Program-made: the position numbers and the translations under genes | The notes under the pieces: model-generated | Seen by the model: only the letters and a program-made list of their open reading frames with translations | Databases searched by the model: none | What the model was told of the DNA's origin: nothing | In this document: piece by piece, positions 7,725 through 16,727 of the stretch | Layout of the letters: every line of letters starts with the position of its first letter | Position numbering within the stretch: position 1 is the stretch's first letter | DNA from: a virus | Length of the DNA: 64,000 nucleotides | IMG/VR virus record: IMGVR_UViG_3300017987_000063 | Location: 26,972 to 90,971 of that record | Reading direction: 5' to 3' (one strand)

Positions 7725-9771
7725 GTCCTTCCTCCTTTGCTTTAAGCGTCCAGTAATTTACTCGATGCTTCGCCACTTCGAGATATTTTATGTATTTTTC
7801 CAGCCCGATATAATTCACGCCCTCCAGCACCGCCGCTATAAGCGTAGTGCCTGTCCCTGTAAAAGGGTCTATAACCAGTCCCCCCGGCGGGGTAATCATC
7901 CGCACCAGATACCGCATAAGCTCGATGGGCTTCACTGTGGGATGCGGGTTCCGCAGACACCGCTCCTCCCTACCGCCCACCATGTGGGTCTCGCTTTTAA
8001 GATTTTTACATACTGTGCAGGGAAGATTCCCAATCAGCCCTGCCTCGCGCTCGTCCCTGCGGGCTTTCGGGATATAAAAGTACCGGCTTCGCTCGCCGAT
8101 TAAACCGATGGGACAGTCAGGATGGCACACCCAGTCTTCAACCATCTCCATGCCATCCTCATCCGCAAATCCCTTCACCGGCACGTCGCCCAGCGGATTT
8201 TCCTTCCTATCCGAATCGCCGAGACTGAAAGATGTGCCCCCGCGCCCTGTAGGATAACCCTTATGCCCCGGTATTTTCTTGGTGCCCTGATATTTACATT
8301 CGGGATGGTGCGCCATTATCACGTTTGAAGGCCACCGGCCTAAATCTGCGGACTTGTCCAGCGTATAAATCAACCGACCTTCCGGCTTGTTTACATGCCT
8401 GTCTCCAAGCATCGCCCCGTGCGCCATTAACCCCTCCATCTCGCTGCGGGCATAGCTCGCCACCGTATGCTTGGCAATATCCCTATCTTCCTCATTCGCC
8501 CACGGAACCCTGCAGCCGTCCACGTTTATGCCCCCCGTGCCCCATACTATCACGTTCAGGAATAGCGGCCCCGACAAAGGCTTCCGCGCCAGCGTTATAG
8601 GAGTAACCTTAATGGGTCTTGCATCTCGAAGCGTGATAACATTCCGACCCGCAATAGATTCGCTTTGGATTGTTACTTCTAAATTCTGCCCCGCAAAATT
8701 TACAAGTGTGGTGAGTATGCTTCCCGCGATTTTTTCTATAACACTCGCGTCCGCAAAAAGTCTCTGGATGTTTGGAAACTTCAAGCCTTTTCCGTTGAAA
8801 TACTTTTCCGCATTCAACGCATTTGCACTCGACCCATTTGCTGGGGACTCTTCGGCAAGGATGATACCGCGATATATGGTCTCCCGGAGACAGTAGCTCA
8901 AGGTTCTCAACTCTGTTATCAGCCCTATCTCCGTTAATATGGTGGACTTCCTCAAATCGTGATAAAGAGCGGCCAAGATACCGTTCCATAACGAGACGAT
9001 GTTCAAGCCTATTGATGCCCCCTCCTGTAACCTGAATATATCCATCTTTTCGGACTTTATGGGTAACCCTTCCAAAAATTTTTCGACGGCACTCCATAGA
9101 GCAAAATCTGACCCTGCTTCTTCGCAATCTGTTTGGCTTGACTTTAAAATTTTGTCCACAAATTTCGCATGTAACAACAGGCATAATAGCGCCTCCATGA
9201 GATACGTTATATGTGCTATTATAGCATAAGGGGGAACAACTGTCAAGCCTTTAGTAGCCCATGTTATTGGCTCAACTGCGGGCTTCAACTGTGTGCCCCA
9301 ACCATCCCACCGCGCCGCTAAGTCCGTGCCGGCCGCCGTAACGTCAAGCTCGACCTGTGGCCTGTCCCCGCTGAACAATGTCCCTTTTTCGCTTTTTCCG
9401 AACGCAGTTCCAGCCACTTTGCGCTCCGCGCCCAGTCCCTTATCAATGGCCTTGCCTATATCTTCGCTCTTGGGATACCCCTCGCCGTAAACCCACACCA
9501 GCATATCCCGCACCTCAAATCCGGCCTCCCGTATCCGCCCCATAACTAAATCCGTCGTCCTCGCCCCGCTGAAGGCCATCAGGTGCGCTCCCGGCTTCAA
9601 CACCCGGTAAACCTCTCGCCAAATATCCACCGCCGGACAGTCGTCATCCCACACCTTGTTGGTTATGGAAAAGCCGTAAGGCGGGTCGCACACGCAGGCA
9701 TCCACCGAGTTCGATGGTATTTCCGCCAGTTTCAGCTTGCTATCGCCGAGAATTATCTTGTTCAAGTCCAT
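7696..9771 (-). CDS. N6-adenine/N4-cytosine DNA methyltransferase with a ~220 aa in-frame insertion
   Basis: DPPY catalytic motif, HPTVKP, and DPFTGTGTT SAM-binding motif (beta-class order). Confidence 0.9.
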   Translation of the reverse strand: MDLNKIILGDSKLKLAEIPSNSVDACVCDPPYGFSITNKVWDDDCPAVDIWREVYRVLKPGAHLMAFSGARTTDLVMGRIREAGFEVRDMLVWVYGEGYPKSEDIGKAIDKGLGAERKVAGTAFGKSEKGTLFSGDRPQVELDVTAAGTDLAARWDGWGTQLKPAVEPITWATKGLTVVPPYAIIAHITYLMEALLCLLLHAKFVDKILKSSQTDCEEAGSDFALWSAVEKFLEGLPIKSEKMDIFRLQEGASIGLNIVSLWNGILAALYHDLRKSTILTEIGLITELRTLSYCLRETIYRGIILAEESPANGSSANALNAEKYFNGKGLKFPNIQRLFADASVIEKIAGSILTTLVNFAGQNLEVTIQSESIAGRNVITLRDARPIKVTPITLARKPLSGPLFLNVIVWGTGGINVDGCRVPWANEEDRDIAKHTVASYARSEMEGLMAHGAMLGDRHVNKPEGRLIYTLDKSADLGRWPSNVIMAHHPECKYQGTKKIPGHKGYPTGRGGTSFSLGDSDRKENPLGDVPVKGFADEDGMEMVEDWVCHPDCPIGLIGERSRYFYIPKARRDEREAGLIGNLPCTVCKNLKSETHMVGGREERCLRNPHPTVKPIELMRYLVRMITPPGGLVIDPFTGTGTTLIAAVLEGVNYIGLEKYIKYLEVAKHRVNYWTLKAKEEGHGQGKMAID
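8609..9184 (-). CDS. HNH homing endonuclease with zinc-finger repeats, nested out of frame in the methylase
   Basis: EHRLVME...EVHHINGDRADNRVENLEL, three CxxC...FCSxEC-type repeats, and a GGAGG RBS. Confidence 0.88.
   Translation of the reverse strand: MPVVTCEICGQNFKVKPNRLRRSRVRFCSMECRRKIFGRVTHKVRKDGYIQVTGGGINRLEHRLVMERYLGRSLSRFEEVHHINGDRADNRVENLELLSPGDHISRYHPCRRVPSKWVECKCVECGKVFQRKRLEVSKHPETFCGRECYRKNRGKHTHHTCKFCGAEFRSNNPKRIYCGSECYHASRCKTH
9218..9246 (-). promoter_or_regulatory. Perfect-consensus sigma70 promoter inside the methylase insertion, upstream of the HNH
   Basis: TTGACA-GTTGTTCCCCCTTATGC (17 bp)-TATAAT with an extended -10 TG. Confidence 0.8.
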
Positions 9772-9961
9772 AAATACAATCCACCGTATCTGGCTCCAGA
9801 GACTCGCCACTTAACCATAAGGTTGCCACGCCGTGTTTGCAATTGTTACACCGCGTCCAACCAGTCACGCCGTATTGCGGACACTCGACCTTACCCCCTT
9901 TAATCTTTCGGGCTACACCAGCCGCCGGAGTTAAGTCTTGTTCAGTATCAGACATTGGCAC
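9740..9961 (-). CDS. Small Cys-rich hypothetical protein
   Basis: Tiles between neighbouring genes; GAGAGG RBS. Confidence 0.5.
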   Translation of the reverse strand: MPMSDTEQDLTPAAGVARKIKGGKVECPQYGVTGWTRCNNCKHGVATLWLSGESLEPDTVDCIYGLEQDNSRR

Positions 9962-10434
9962 CTCTCAAAGAAAATTAGCGGTATTCCGCCCCCGCACCGT
10001 AAATGCTTGACCAAGCTTCTGCCCCTGCAGTAAAGCCGGACAGGGCTTCTCAGCTTATTTGCCCTTCTTTTTGCCACATCCACGCAGCCCTGCGAGGGCA
10101 GTGTAGCCGTACACCGCACCGCCGGAGGCTGTGGAAACTGGCACCGCTTGATAAAATCAATCACAAACTCATCATCCGTCTTATGCTCACTCGGCATCCC
10201 GAAAAAGGCTTCCATCGTTTGCATCCAATGTTTGCTCCCAAGATAGGGCAATGCCTTGTCTGCCTTTATAATGCTTTTACAGTCCACTGTCAAAATAGCG
10301 GTATTATCAAGTTGGATTTTTACTGTATAGCCATTTCCCACATGGTTGATATTATAAATTCTGCCAAGCATCCCGGCGCACTTTCCCTCTGTTATCTTAA
10401 CCCTGTCCCCTATTTTCCAGACTTCACGCTCCAT
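9931..10434 (-). CDS. Hypothetical protein with an N-terminal KOW-like motif
   Basis: KIGDRVKITEGKCAGMLGRI. Confidence 0.6.
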   Translation of the reverse strand: MEREVWKIGDRVKITEGKCAGMLGRIYNINHVGNGYTVKIQLDNTAILTVDCKSIIKADKALPYLGSKHWMQTMEAFFGMPSEHKTDDEFVIDFIKRCQFPQPPAVRCTATLPSQGCVDVAKRRANKLRSPVRLYCRGRSLVKHLRCGGGIPLIFFERCQCLILNKT

Positions 10435-10720
10435 CTTGAACCTCGGCTACCACATTCTCCAATCTTCGCTTTAATTTCGCCCCCTCGCCGGACAGTTTAT
10501 CCAGCGGGATCGGCATAACCGAATCCCATGCAAGGGCAAAATATTCTGACATTGCCTTCCGCGCTTCCTGCGGGGTAGCTCCGCGTCCTAATATCGGCCA
10601 GTCCGCCATCTGGCACACCCATTGACCGGCCTCACGCTTAAACTCCAGCAGGATGGCCTGTTTAAATACCCATAAGCGGCTTTTATGCCGCAGGGCCACT
10701 ATTTTCTTATCCTGCTCCAC
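10424..10720 (-). CDS. Hypothetical protein with a possible HicB-like fold
   Basis: ILGRGATPQEARKAM resembles the HicB G.T.EEA pattern. Confidence 0.45.
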   Translation of the reverse strand: MEQDKKIVALRHKSRLWVFKQAILLEFKREAGQWVCQMADWPILGRGATPQEARKAMSEYFALAWDSVMPIPLDKLSGEGAKLKRRLENVVAEVQDGA

Positions 10721-10884
10721 CTTTGATTTATTTTACCGGGCGGCATGGTTACCTATTTCAGAAGGCTTTCACTCCAATCAATGTTACTTCATCCCGTATC
10801 ACCGGGGTAGCCTCGCATTGAAATTCAGTGAATCGGGCCGCGACCATACCTTGTTTATTCCTGTAGGAACCCGGTTTATACTCT

Positions 10885-10900
10885 GCGCAATCACTTGCGC
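10885..10900. repeat. 16-bp quasi-palindrome GCGCAATCACTTGCGC, copy 1
   Basis: Exact copy immediately after the stop of the 10902..11069 ORF. Confidence 0.85.
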
Positions 10901-10901
10901 T

Positions 10902-11069
10902 TTACAGTTCGGTCTCCACCAGCCCCTCAAGGCTCTTTAACACCGCCTCAATGGGGAGGTTAAGGCAGGCGAAGTCTTCGCCGCGCCGTAAGTTCACCGG
11001 CATCCGAGGCCCCTCATAGCTGAAGGTGCCGTCCATCTCAAGTTCCATATAGCTTATTGTCCACTCCAT
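10902..11069 (-). CDS. 55 aa hypothetical protein (not in the ORF track)
   Basis: MEWTISYMELEMDG...ETEL*, preceded by a promoter and GGAGGACAGG. Confidence 0.65.
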   Translation of the reverse strand: MEWTISYMELEMDGTFSYEGPRMPVNLRRGEDFACLNLPIEAVLKSLEGLVETEL

Positions 11070-11099
11070 TTTCCTGTCCTCCTTTATCCTTTTACTATT

Positions 11100-11127
11100 A
11101 TTATAGCATATATATTTAAAATGTCAA
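11100..11127 (-). promoter_or_regulatory. sigma70-type promoter, conserved-spacer family
   Basis: TTGACA-TTTTAAATATATATGC (16 bp)-TATAAT. Confidence 0.8.
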
Positions 11128-12060
11128 TACCTCTGGCCGGAAAAAGTGCGCTTTTTCCAATATTTCTCGCGCCTCTTCCATCGAACACTCGGCAGGGTCT
11201 TTACGGGGGTACAGATATGCCGCTTCTTCCACCGGAATGCGCCTGTAAAGGGCTTTTCCTATGCGCCCCGCTGCTTCCTTACCCGGCCCATCGTTATCAA
11301 GGAATAACACCACTGGGCAGCCCCATTCAACCAGTTTTTGCTCCTTCTGCACCGTAAGAGAGGAGCCCATGAGCCCTAAAATATCAAACTCAGGCAGTTT
11401 CCACTGCCACAGCTTTAAAACGTCCATAAGCCCCTCAACCAGCACAATCTTAGGCTTTCCTTCTAGTTTCCATTCCCCATAAAAATGAAGCCGCTTTTTC
11501 AGCCCAAGCAGTCCCTTATAGCGGGGTCGGGTCTTACTTGGTTTCAAGAGCCTGCCCTCCGCGCCCACGAGCTTGCCGCTTTCGTCCCGCACCGGAAATA
11601 CCACTCGTCCATCGGACTCGGCGATTCTGATACCCCATTCTTTAGCCGTATCAAAGTAAACCCCCCGGTTCAGGATATAATTCGGCACCGCCTTCCGATA
11701 ACCGGACAGAATCTCCTCCTCAAGTTCGGGGTCTGTGACTGATGGAGCGGCGACACTGCCCGGCCCCATGCGCTCGTTAAGCTCCACAAACTCCATAAGC
11801 TCCGGCAGTGACTTCTTACCGAACCACTCCAGCTTTCGCACCATCGTTCGCAGGTTCCGACCTTTATGCCCGCATGTAAAGCAGTTAAATGGGCTGGCAC
11901 CCCCTTCCACGGCCTTAATTCCCATCGAGGGATGCCTGTCCTCTCCATCTTCATGCGTCCACCGGGCAAGTGGGCACTCCATCGTGTACTCAGGCTCCGA
12001 TGCCCGTACCCGCTTCGCACCGATTAACTCTAGGAATGTTTCAATATCCGATGCTTTCAT
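11116..12060 (-). CDS. DNA primase (zinc finger plus TOPRIM)
   Basis: CP..H/CFTCG zinc-binding domain, VVFPVRD..G, VEGLMD, FLDND. Confidence 0.9.
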   Translation of the reverse strand: MKASDIETFLELIGAKRVRASEPEYTMECPLARWTHEDGEDRHPSMGIKAVEGGASPFNCFTCGHKGRNLRTMVRKLEWFGKKSLPELMEFVELNERMGPGSVAAPSVTDPELEEEILSGYRKAVPNYILNRGVYFDTAKEWGIRIAESDGRVVFPVRDESGKLVGAEGRLLKPSKTRPRYKGLLGLKKRLHFYGEWKLEGKPKIVLVEGLMDVLKLWQWKLPEFDILGLMGSSLTVQKEQKLVEWGCPVVLFLDNDGPGKEAAGRIGKALYRRIPVEEAAYLYPRKDPAECSMEEAREILEKAHFFRPEVLTF

Positions 12061-12109
12061 GTTTACCTCAATGTTTCACGTGAAACAATTGGAAAAAAGC
12101 CGTTTAAAA

Positions 12110-12445
12110 TCAAGACCTTCCGAGAATAAAACCCGCAATTGCGACAGGCTTTAAACCCACGCGCAGCATATTTTTAATCACCGCGATGGCATCCGTACTT
12201 AGACCCGTAGGATCTTCCCGCCAATCATGATTCCGGATCGCCGTACAGGTGTCTGCGCAGGCCCGCGCACCCCACTGGACGTTATGGTTGAGGAAGCCAT
12301 CTATCCACTCCTCAAGATGCCGGGCGACCCGCTCGGCTGCGACTTTAAGCTTATTTTGTCCCTTCGTGAGACCCACAGTTACATCCTCCTTCCTTCTCGA
12401 CAAATACGTCCGCCATGCCCAGCGACGCCACACCGTCACCCGCAT
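12110..12445 (-). CDS. Hypothetical protein; true start probably the internal GTG (VGLTKG)
   Basis: GGAGG lies before the internal GTG, and the ORF tiles upstream of the primase. Confidence 0.5.
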   Translation of the reverse strand: MRVTVWRRWAWRTYLSRRKEDVTVGLTKGQNKLKVAAERVARHLEEWIDGFLNHNVQWGARACADTCTAIRNHDWREDPTGLSTDAIAVIKNMLRVGLKPVAIAGFILGRS

Positions 12446-12752
12446 CCTCCTCCAGCAGGGTAAGGAAGATAAAGAGATAGTTTATCATGTCCACCACCCT
12501 GCCTTCCACCGGCTCGCTGCGTACCTCTCTATCGTTGAGCCATGTTAAAAGGGCATCGAAGTGTTTCAGGAAGTAAACCGCCCACACGTCAATCGGGTCA
12601 ATATTCCGGCCTTCCAGCCGCTTTGCGCCCTCCTTAAAGTTGTTATTCGCGTCCTTACCCTGCGTATAATCATGGCCTTTGGTCTCCAGCAGGGGAACGC
12701 ACTTCTGCATGAAAGTCTCCTTGATTTTTTCAAGCCGTGTCTTCGCGTCCAT
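12351..12752 (-). CDS. MazG-like / nucleotide-modification-associated (Nmad1/DUF1599-like) protein
   Basis: KGHDY...NF...KH...E..EGRVVDMINY pattern. Confidence 0.65.
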   Translation of the reverse strand: MDAKTRLEKIKETFMQKCVPLLETKGHDYTQGKDANNNFKEGAKRLEGRNIDPIDVWAVYFLKHFDALLTWLNDREVRSEPVEGRVVDMINYLFIFLTLLEEDAGDGVASLGMADVFVEKEGGCNCGSHEGTK

Positions 12753-12972
12753 GTCTACTCCTTTCCATTAAATTTTCCCGCATAGCCCCAATATGCGCCT
12801 TTTGCCCGCAATAGGGGCACCGAATATTCCACCTGTCCGCCCTATGTTCAAACTCAGTCCCGCACGTGCAGGCTATCTTGAGCATATTAACCTGCGGAGT
12901 CCAGCGGGCATCCAGTATCTTCATTTGACCCATAATCGGTAACCTCAAATTTGGTATTGGGGCAATAGGCAT
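12730..12972 (-). CDS. Small zinc-ribbon protein
   Basis: CTCG and CPYCG. Confidence 0.55.
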   Translation of the reverse strand: MPIAPIPNLRLPIMGQMKILDARWTPQVNMLKIACTCGTEFEHRADRWNIRCPYCGQKAHIGAMRENLMERSRHGREDTA

Positions 12973-13061
12973 GTAAAGCCACCGCCACGTTATCCTTGTT
13001 TAGCCAGAACTCCTCGTCTGGCCAATCCCATTTTATTTTTATCACTATTTTAGGCATGTTC

Positions 13062-13325
13062 TCACCTCCTTATGTTTTTCAAATAAGCCCTGCACCGCAA
13101 AAAAGGGCATCCATTCACGTCAAACTCTCCGGTAAACTCCAGCGCGGTCTCTATTGGCTTGGGACACTGGCCATTTTTATTGAAAATGCAATCCAGCATC
13201 GGGCAACGGGCAGTGGGCCGCCTACTCGTCTCGATTAAAATATCGCTGAAGCACTGTTCGCAATAAGCCGCCCCCTCTACCAGCTTATCCCCGCAGTTGT
13301 TACAGTTACCTTCTATTTCTCGCAT
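13062..13325 (-). CDS. Cys-rich hypothetical protein
   Basis: CNNC and CEQC, with a GGAGG RBS. Confidence 0.55.
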   Translation of the reverse strand: MREIEGNCNNCGDKLVEGAAYCEQCFSDILIETSRRPTARCPMLDCIFNKNGQCPKPIETALEFTGEFDVNGCPFLRCRAYLKNIRR

Positions 13326-13602
13326 CGTGTGCCTCCTGTATTCCTATGACATTCTTAACCCAATTTTTAAATCCATCCAGCCCTTTCACGAATATATCTT
13401 CCTGCTCAAATATAACCCCCTCAATATACTCCAGCTTTACGTCAAAATATCCGCGAGGATTCGGAGGATGTTTTACCCTCCAGTAAATCAAGCGGTCGCG
13501 TTCGTCCCAAAATTCCTCGCAGTCCAGATTCTCCAGCATGTAATCAATGGCTTCCCGTATCTCCGGCTCAATAATCAAGGGGCTCTTCCTCGCCGATTTC
13601 AA
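13306..13602 (-). CDS. Hypothetical protein
   Basis: Tiles downstream of dnaB. Confidence 0.5.
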   Translation of the reverse strand: MKSARKSPLIIEPEIREAIDYMLENLDCEEFWDERDRLIYWRVKHPPNPRGYFDVKLEYIEGVIFEQEDIFVKGLDGFKNWVKNVIGIQEAHDARNRR

Positions 13603-16138
13603 TATCGTCCGGCACCCCTTTTACAAGGCTGTCCCCCTCCCTGCCGACCAGCCCTGTCTCGGTAAAGTCATTATCCATAAAATTCCAGTTTAACAGGAAC
13701 TCCACAAGCTCGTCCTCCCTGTTTTTAAGCAGCCGAACCAGCATAGTCTTATCCGTCAAGTGGTCTTGATTGCGGAACAGGGCGAGGATAACATCCGCGT
13801 TCTGTGGCAGCCTGTCGCTCAACCCGACGTTCTCCATCCCCGCCCGCAGGCTTTTAAGGTTGACCTGCTTATTGAACTGGGCAGTAATCGCCACCGGAAC
13901 ATGCTGCCTGTGCGCCATCAGGGTAATATCATCCGCGATATTCGTAACCCGCTCCCACATTGAAGTGGCCTTTTTCCAATCCATAAACAGGTAAACACCA
14001 TCCACGAACACAATATCCGGCTTCGTAGCATTCACCACCCGCTCCACGTCCGGCACCGTGCTTACATCCTCTGCACCGATCATGTGTAGTCCGCCCTTAC
14101 CGGCCAGTAAATCCAGCGCATCCCATAATTTTTTCTCGTCAAAGGCTCCGAGCGTTCCCTTCCTTAGCCTGTGGTGTGGGACACCCGCTAAAATGGCATA
14201 AAACCGGCGAATCATGGCTATCTTGCTCATTTCCATCGTCACAATCAGCACTTTTTTACCCATCTGCCATGCCGCCCACGCCAGAAACAGCAGGAAAAAG
14301 GTGTTGTGGGCGACCAGACCATTGGCGACAAAATTATGAGTTTCCAACACCGTAAAATCGAACACTCTTCTTTCACCCACATTCTGTACCTTTTCCACCC
14401 GATCCCATATTATGTCAGGACTGCTCAACCATTCAAATTCGTGGAGTAGCCCCTTATTAGCTCTTATCAAGCCTTGAAACATTCTCCGGCTAACCCTTCC
14501 CGAATTGTGCTTATTCAAAAACTCGCGAGCCCCCCACCGCCGGGGGTTTGTTAGCCCCAAGCACTTTGCGGCCTTTGTAAATAGCCCCTCTCTGTCCGCT
14601 GGCCGAACCCCCTTATGTTTGCGGTTTACTTTAGCTATTGTAATGATTCTTTCCCTTATCTCTTTGCTTACTGGAACAGCATCAATATTTGGATTGCAAC
14701 TGGGATTTAGTTTCGCCAACGCCGTACTTTTCGGGCCGGGAATGTCGGTAAATACAGTTTTAAATGCCTCCCGCGACGTACTGTCAACGATAAACTCCCA
14801 TGACTTGAATTTCCGGCCATTACAGCGGCTTATTTTCACTCGTTTCCTGCCGCTGATCCCGAAACGCATTAACAGCTTTTGAATATCGTCAATCATTCCC
14901 TCCGATCCCAGTCCAATGCCTATGCAGCCGCGCTTATCGATATAACCATCTCCAGCCCATAACACCTCAATAAAGCGGATCAAAGTTTTATATGGAAGCC
15001 GGAACACCCCTACCGGCACTCTTTTTTCGGTCGCCTTCTCGTGCCCCAGTCCATATTTTTTCAATAATTTCGCCCTGATATTCCCTTTAATACCATAGTC
15101 ATATTTGCCATGCTTCCGCTTATGTATCTCACATCCGATTGCGGATGCCGCCTTTTTCACAACGCTTAAAAAAGCGGCACATCCGCTTGTAATGGTGACA
15201 CTGCTCCCTGTATAACCGCCTTCGGATAATAGGGCCGCTAATAATTCAACCTCGCCAATAGGCTGATTCACCGGCATCTCTGGCTCCGGCACCATCTTGG
15301 CTGCCGCTATATAATCTTCCTGCTGCAACTCCGATGCCTTGGCCCAGCCTCGCTGTGTCAAAAAGGGATGCTCCGGCGTTACTGTAATGCGCCGACCAGA
15401 ACGTGTTTCAACCTCGACACACGCCTTAATTCCGGTATCCAGATGGGCGAATGGTTTAACAGATTTAAACCGCCCTCCTGCTTTTTCAAAAGTTAGCAGC
15501 TTACGTTGCTCGTGAACAGCGTCCTTCGCGCTCGGCCACTCCCCCGTTAAAGGGTCATAGATAGGTGTATCTTCGGCAACGCATTTCCCCGTACCCGGTC
15601 GGGCAACTATCAGGATGGTTTCCCCCTCATGCCAGCCGTAAGTAGCCTCGTTTAAAGTCCCCCACGGAGTAATGATGCCGTCCGGCCCGCCGATTTTCTT
15701 GATAAGCTCGTACCTGTCCCGCTGGAGTTTTACCGTAGATTTTGCCATAACGTCCAGCACGATCTCCGAAGTCGCCCCGATCCTCGCCGCCGCCGTCCCG
15801 GTATCCGTCAGCCCGCGCCGTGCCGCCGCGAAGTCCCCCCTGCGGATTGCTGCCTCAACGCTTCCAATACCCTCCAGCATAACGCTTCGGGTCTCGCGCT
15901 CCAGCATTTTATCAACGTAGTACTCCAGAGGCTCAAGAGCTTCCTCAACCTCAAACGAGTAATCCGTCTTTAGCGCGGTCTCCGTGGGCATGGTGCCGTA
16001 TTTCTTCCGGTGTTCAAGGATGTGTTCAAGAGTTCTTCGATGGTCTTTGAAGAAGTCCGGCGATACCCCGCGCTCACTCAGGAGTTCAAGCCGGGGATCG
16101 GCCAGCAGTCTCGTTATTATCTGCCGTTCAAGCCCCAT
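13568..16138 (-). CDS. dnaB: Replicative DnaB-like helicase containing an intein
   Basis: Walker A ARPGTGK|T, TMEM, FVDG, AQFN, ADVILAL and KNRE. Confidence 0.92.
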   Translation of the reverse strand: MGLERQIITRLLADPRLELLSERGVSPDFFKDHRRTLEHILEHRKKYGTMPTETALKTDYSFEVEEALEPLEYYVDKMLERETRSVMLEGIGSVEAAIRRGDFAAARRGLTDTGTAAARIGATSEIVLDVMAKSTVKLQRDRYELIKKIGGPDGIITPWGTLNEATYGWHEGETILIVARPGTGKCVAEDTPIYDPLTGEWPSAKDAVHEQRKLLTFEKAGGRFKSVKPFAHLDTGIKACVEVETRSGRRITVTPEHPFLTQRGWAKASELQQEDYIAAAKMVPEPEMPVNQPIGEVELLAALLSEGGYTGSSVTITSGCAAFLSVVKKAASAIGCEIHKRKHGKYDYGIKGNIRAKLLKKYGLGHEKATEKRVPVGVFRLPYKTLIRFIEVLWAGDGYIDKRGCIGIGLGSEGMIDDIQKLLMRFGISGRKRVKISRCNGRKFKSWEFIVDSTSREAFKTVFTDIPGPKSTALAKLNPSCNPNIDAVPVSKEIRERIITIAKVNRKHKGVRPADREGLFTKAAKCLGLTNPRRWGAREFLNKHNSGRVSRRMFQGLIRANKGLLHEFEWLSSPDIIWDRVEKVQNVGERRVFDFTVLETHNFVANGLVAHNTFFLLFLAWAAWQMGKKVLIVTMEMSKIAMIRRFYAILAGVPHHRLRKGTLGAFDEKKLWDALDLLAGKGGLHMIGAEDVSTVPDVERVVNATKPDIVFVDGVYLFMDWKKATSMWERVTNIADDITLMAHRQHVPVAITAQFNKQVNLKSLRAGMENVGLSDRLPQNADVILALFRNQDHLTDKTMLVRLLKNREDELVEFLLNWNFMDNDFTETGLVGREGDSLVKGVPDDIEIGEEEPLDY
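14303..15583 (-). mobile_element. Intein (427 aa) with LAGLIDADG endonuclease in the DnaB P-loop
   Basis: GK|CVAEDT...TPEHPFLT...LAALLSEG...LWAGDG...GLVAHN|T. Confidence 0.92.
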
Positions 16139-16727
16139 TCTCCGCTCCTATCGTAGCCGTTTTGCGCCACTGAACGCCTTTAAGCTCCAGCATTACCGCG
16201 CTTTCCATTAAAAGCGCCATGAAAGACTGGCTGTAACCCGCTTTTAAAAGGCCGGAAGGCGCGACATTCGTGGTTATCAAGGTAATCTGTAGGTTCTGCG
16301 CCCGCGCCCTTATAATTTCCTCAACTGTGGCCTCTGTAAAGCCGGACGCGGCCTTGTATTCCTTGCCGAGGTCGTCTATTACCAGAACGTCCACATCTAA
16401 AGCCCTGTCGTACCACGTGCCGCCCTCATCAAACTCCCGCTTGGCGATAATCATATCCCGAAGCTCCCCCGCCCTGACAAATAAAGCCGTGTAGCCCCTG
16501 CGCCGGTACTCTTTGGCGATGGCTATAGCCGCCGAGGTCTTTCCGGTTCCATTATCCCCCCACAGCACAATTCCTAATCCATCCCCATAATTATCGCGCT
16601 CAAGATACTCGATCAAGGTCTTCTTGTGTGTGGCTGTATCGGGAATTTGGGAAATGGAAACACCGTAGAACCTGCGGCCTACATGCATCCGCTCATAATC
16701 AGCTTGCTGGAGCTTCCGCCTTTTCAT
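16128..16727 (-). CDS. DnaC/IstB-like AAA+ helicase loader
   Basis: GDNGTGKT, LVIDDLGKE and ITTN. Confidence 0.88.
   Translation of the reverse strand: MKRRKLQQADYERMHVGRRFYGVSISQIPDTATHKKTLIEYLERDNYGDGLGIVLWGDNGTGKTSAAIAIAKEYRRRGYTALFVRAGELRDMIIAKREFDEGGTWYDRALDVDVLVIDDLGKEYKAASGFTEATVEEIIRARAQNLQITLITTNVAPSGLLKAGYSQSFMALLMESAVMLELKGVQWRKTATIGAENGA

Larger units (their letters stand above)
8602..9270 (-). mobile_element. Non-intein insertion element in the methylase that carries an out-of-frame HNH gene (boundaries approximate)
   Basis: Flanked by the duplicated motif PITWATKGL / PITLARKPL. Lower GC than its flanks, with no intein termini. Confidence 0.7.

Noticed and set aside
8602-9270. 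Intein in the methylase
   Set aside because: There is no N-terminal C/S block, no TxxH, and no terminal HN followed by C/S/T.
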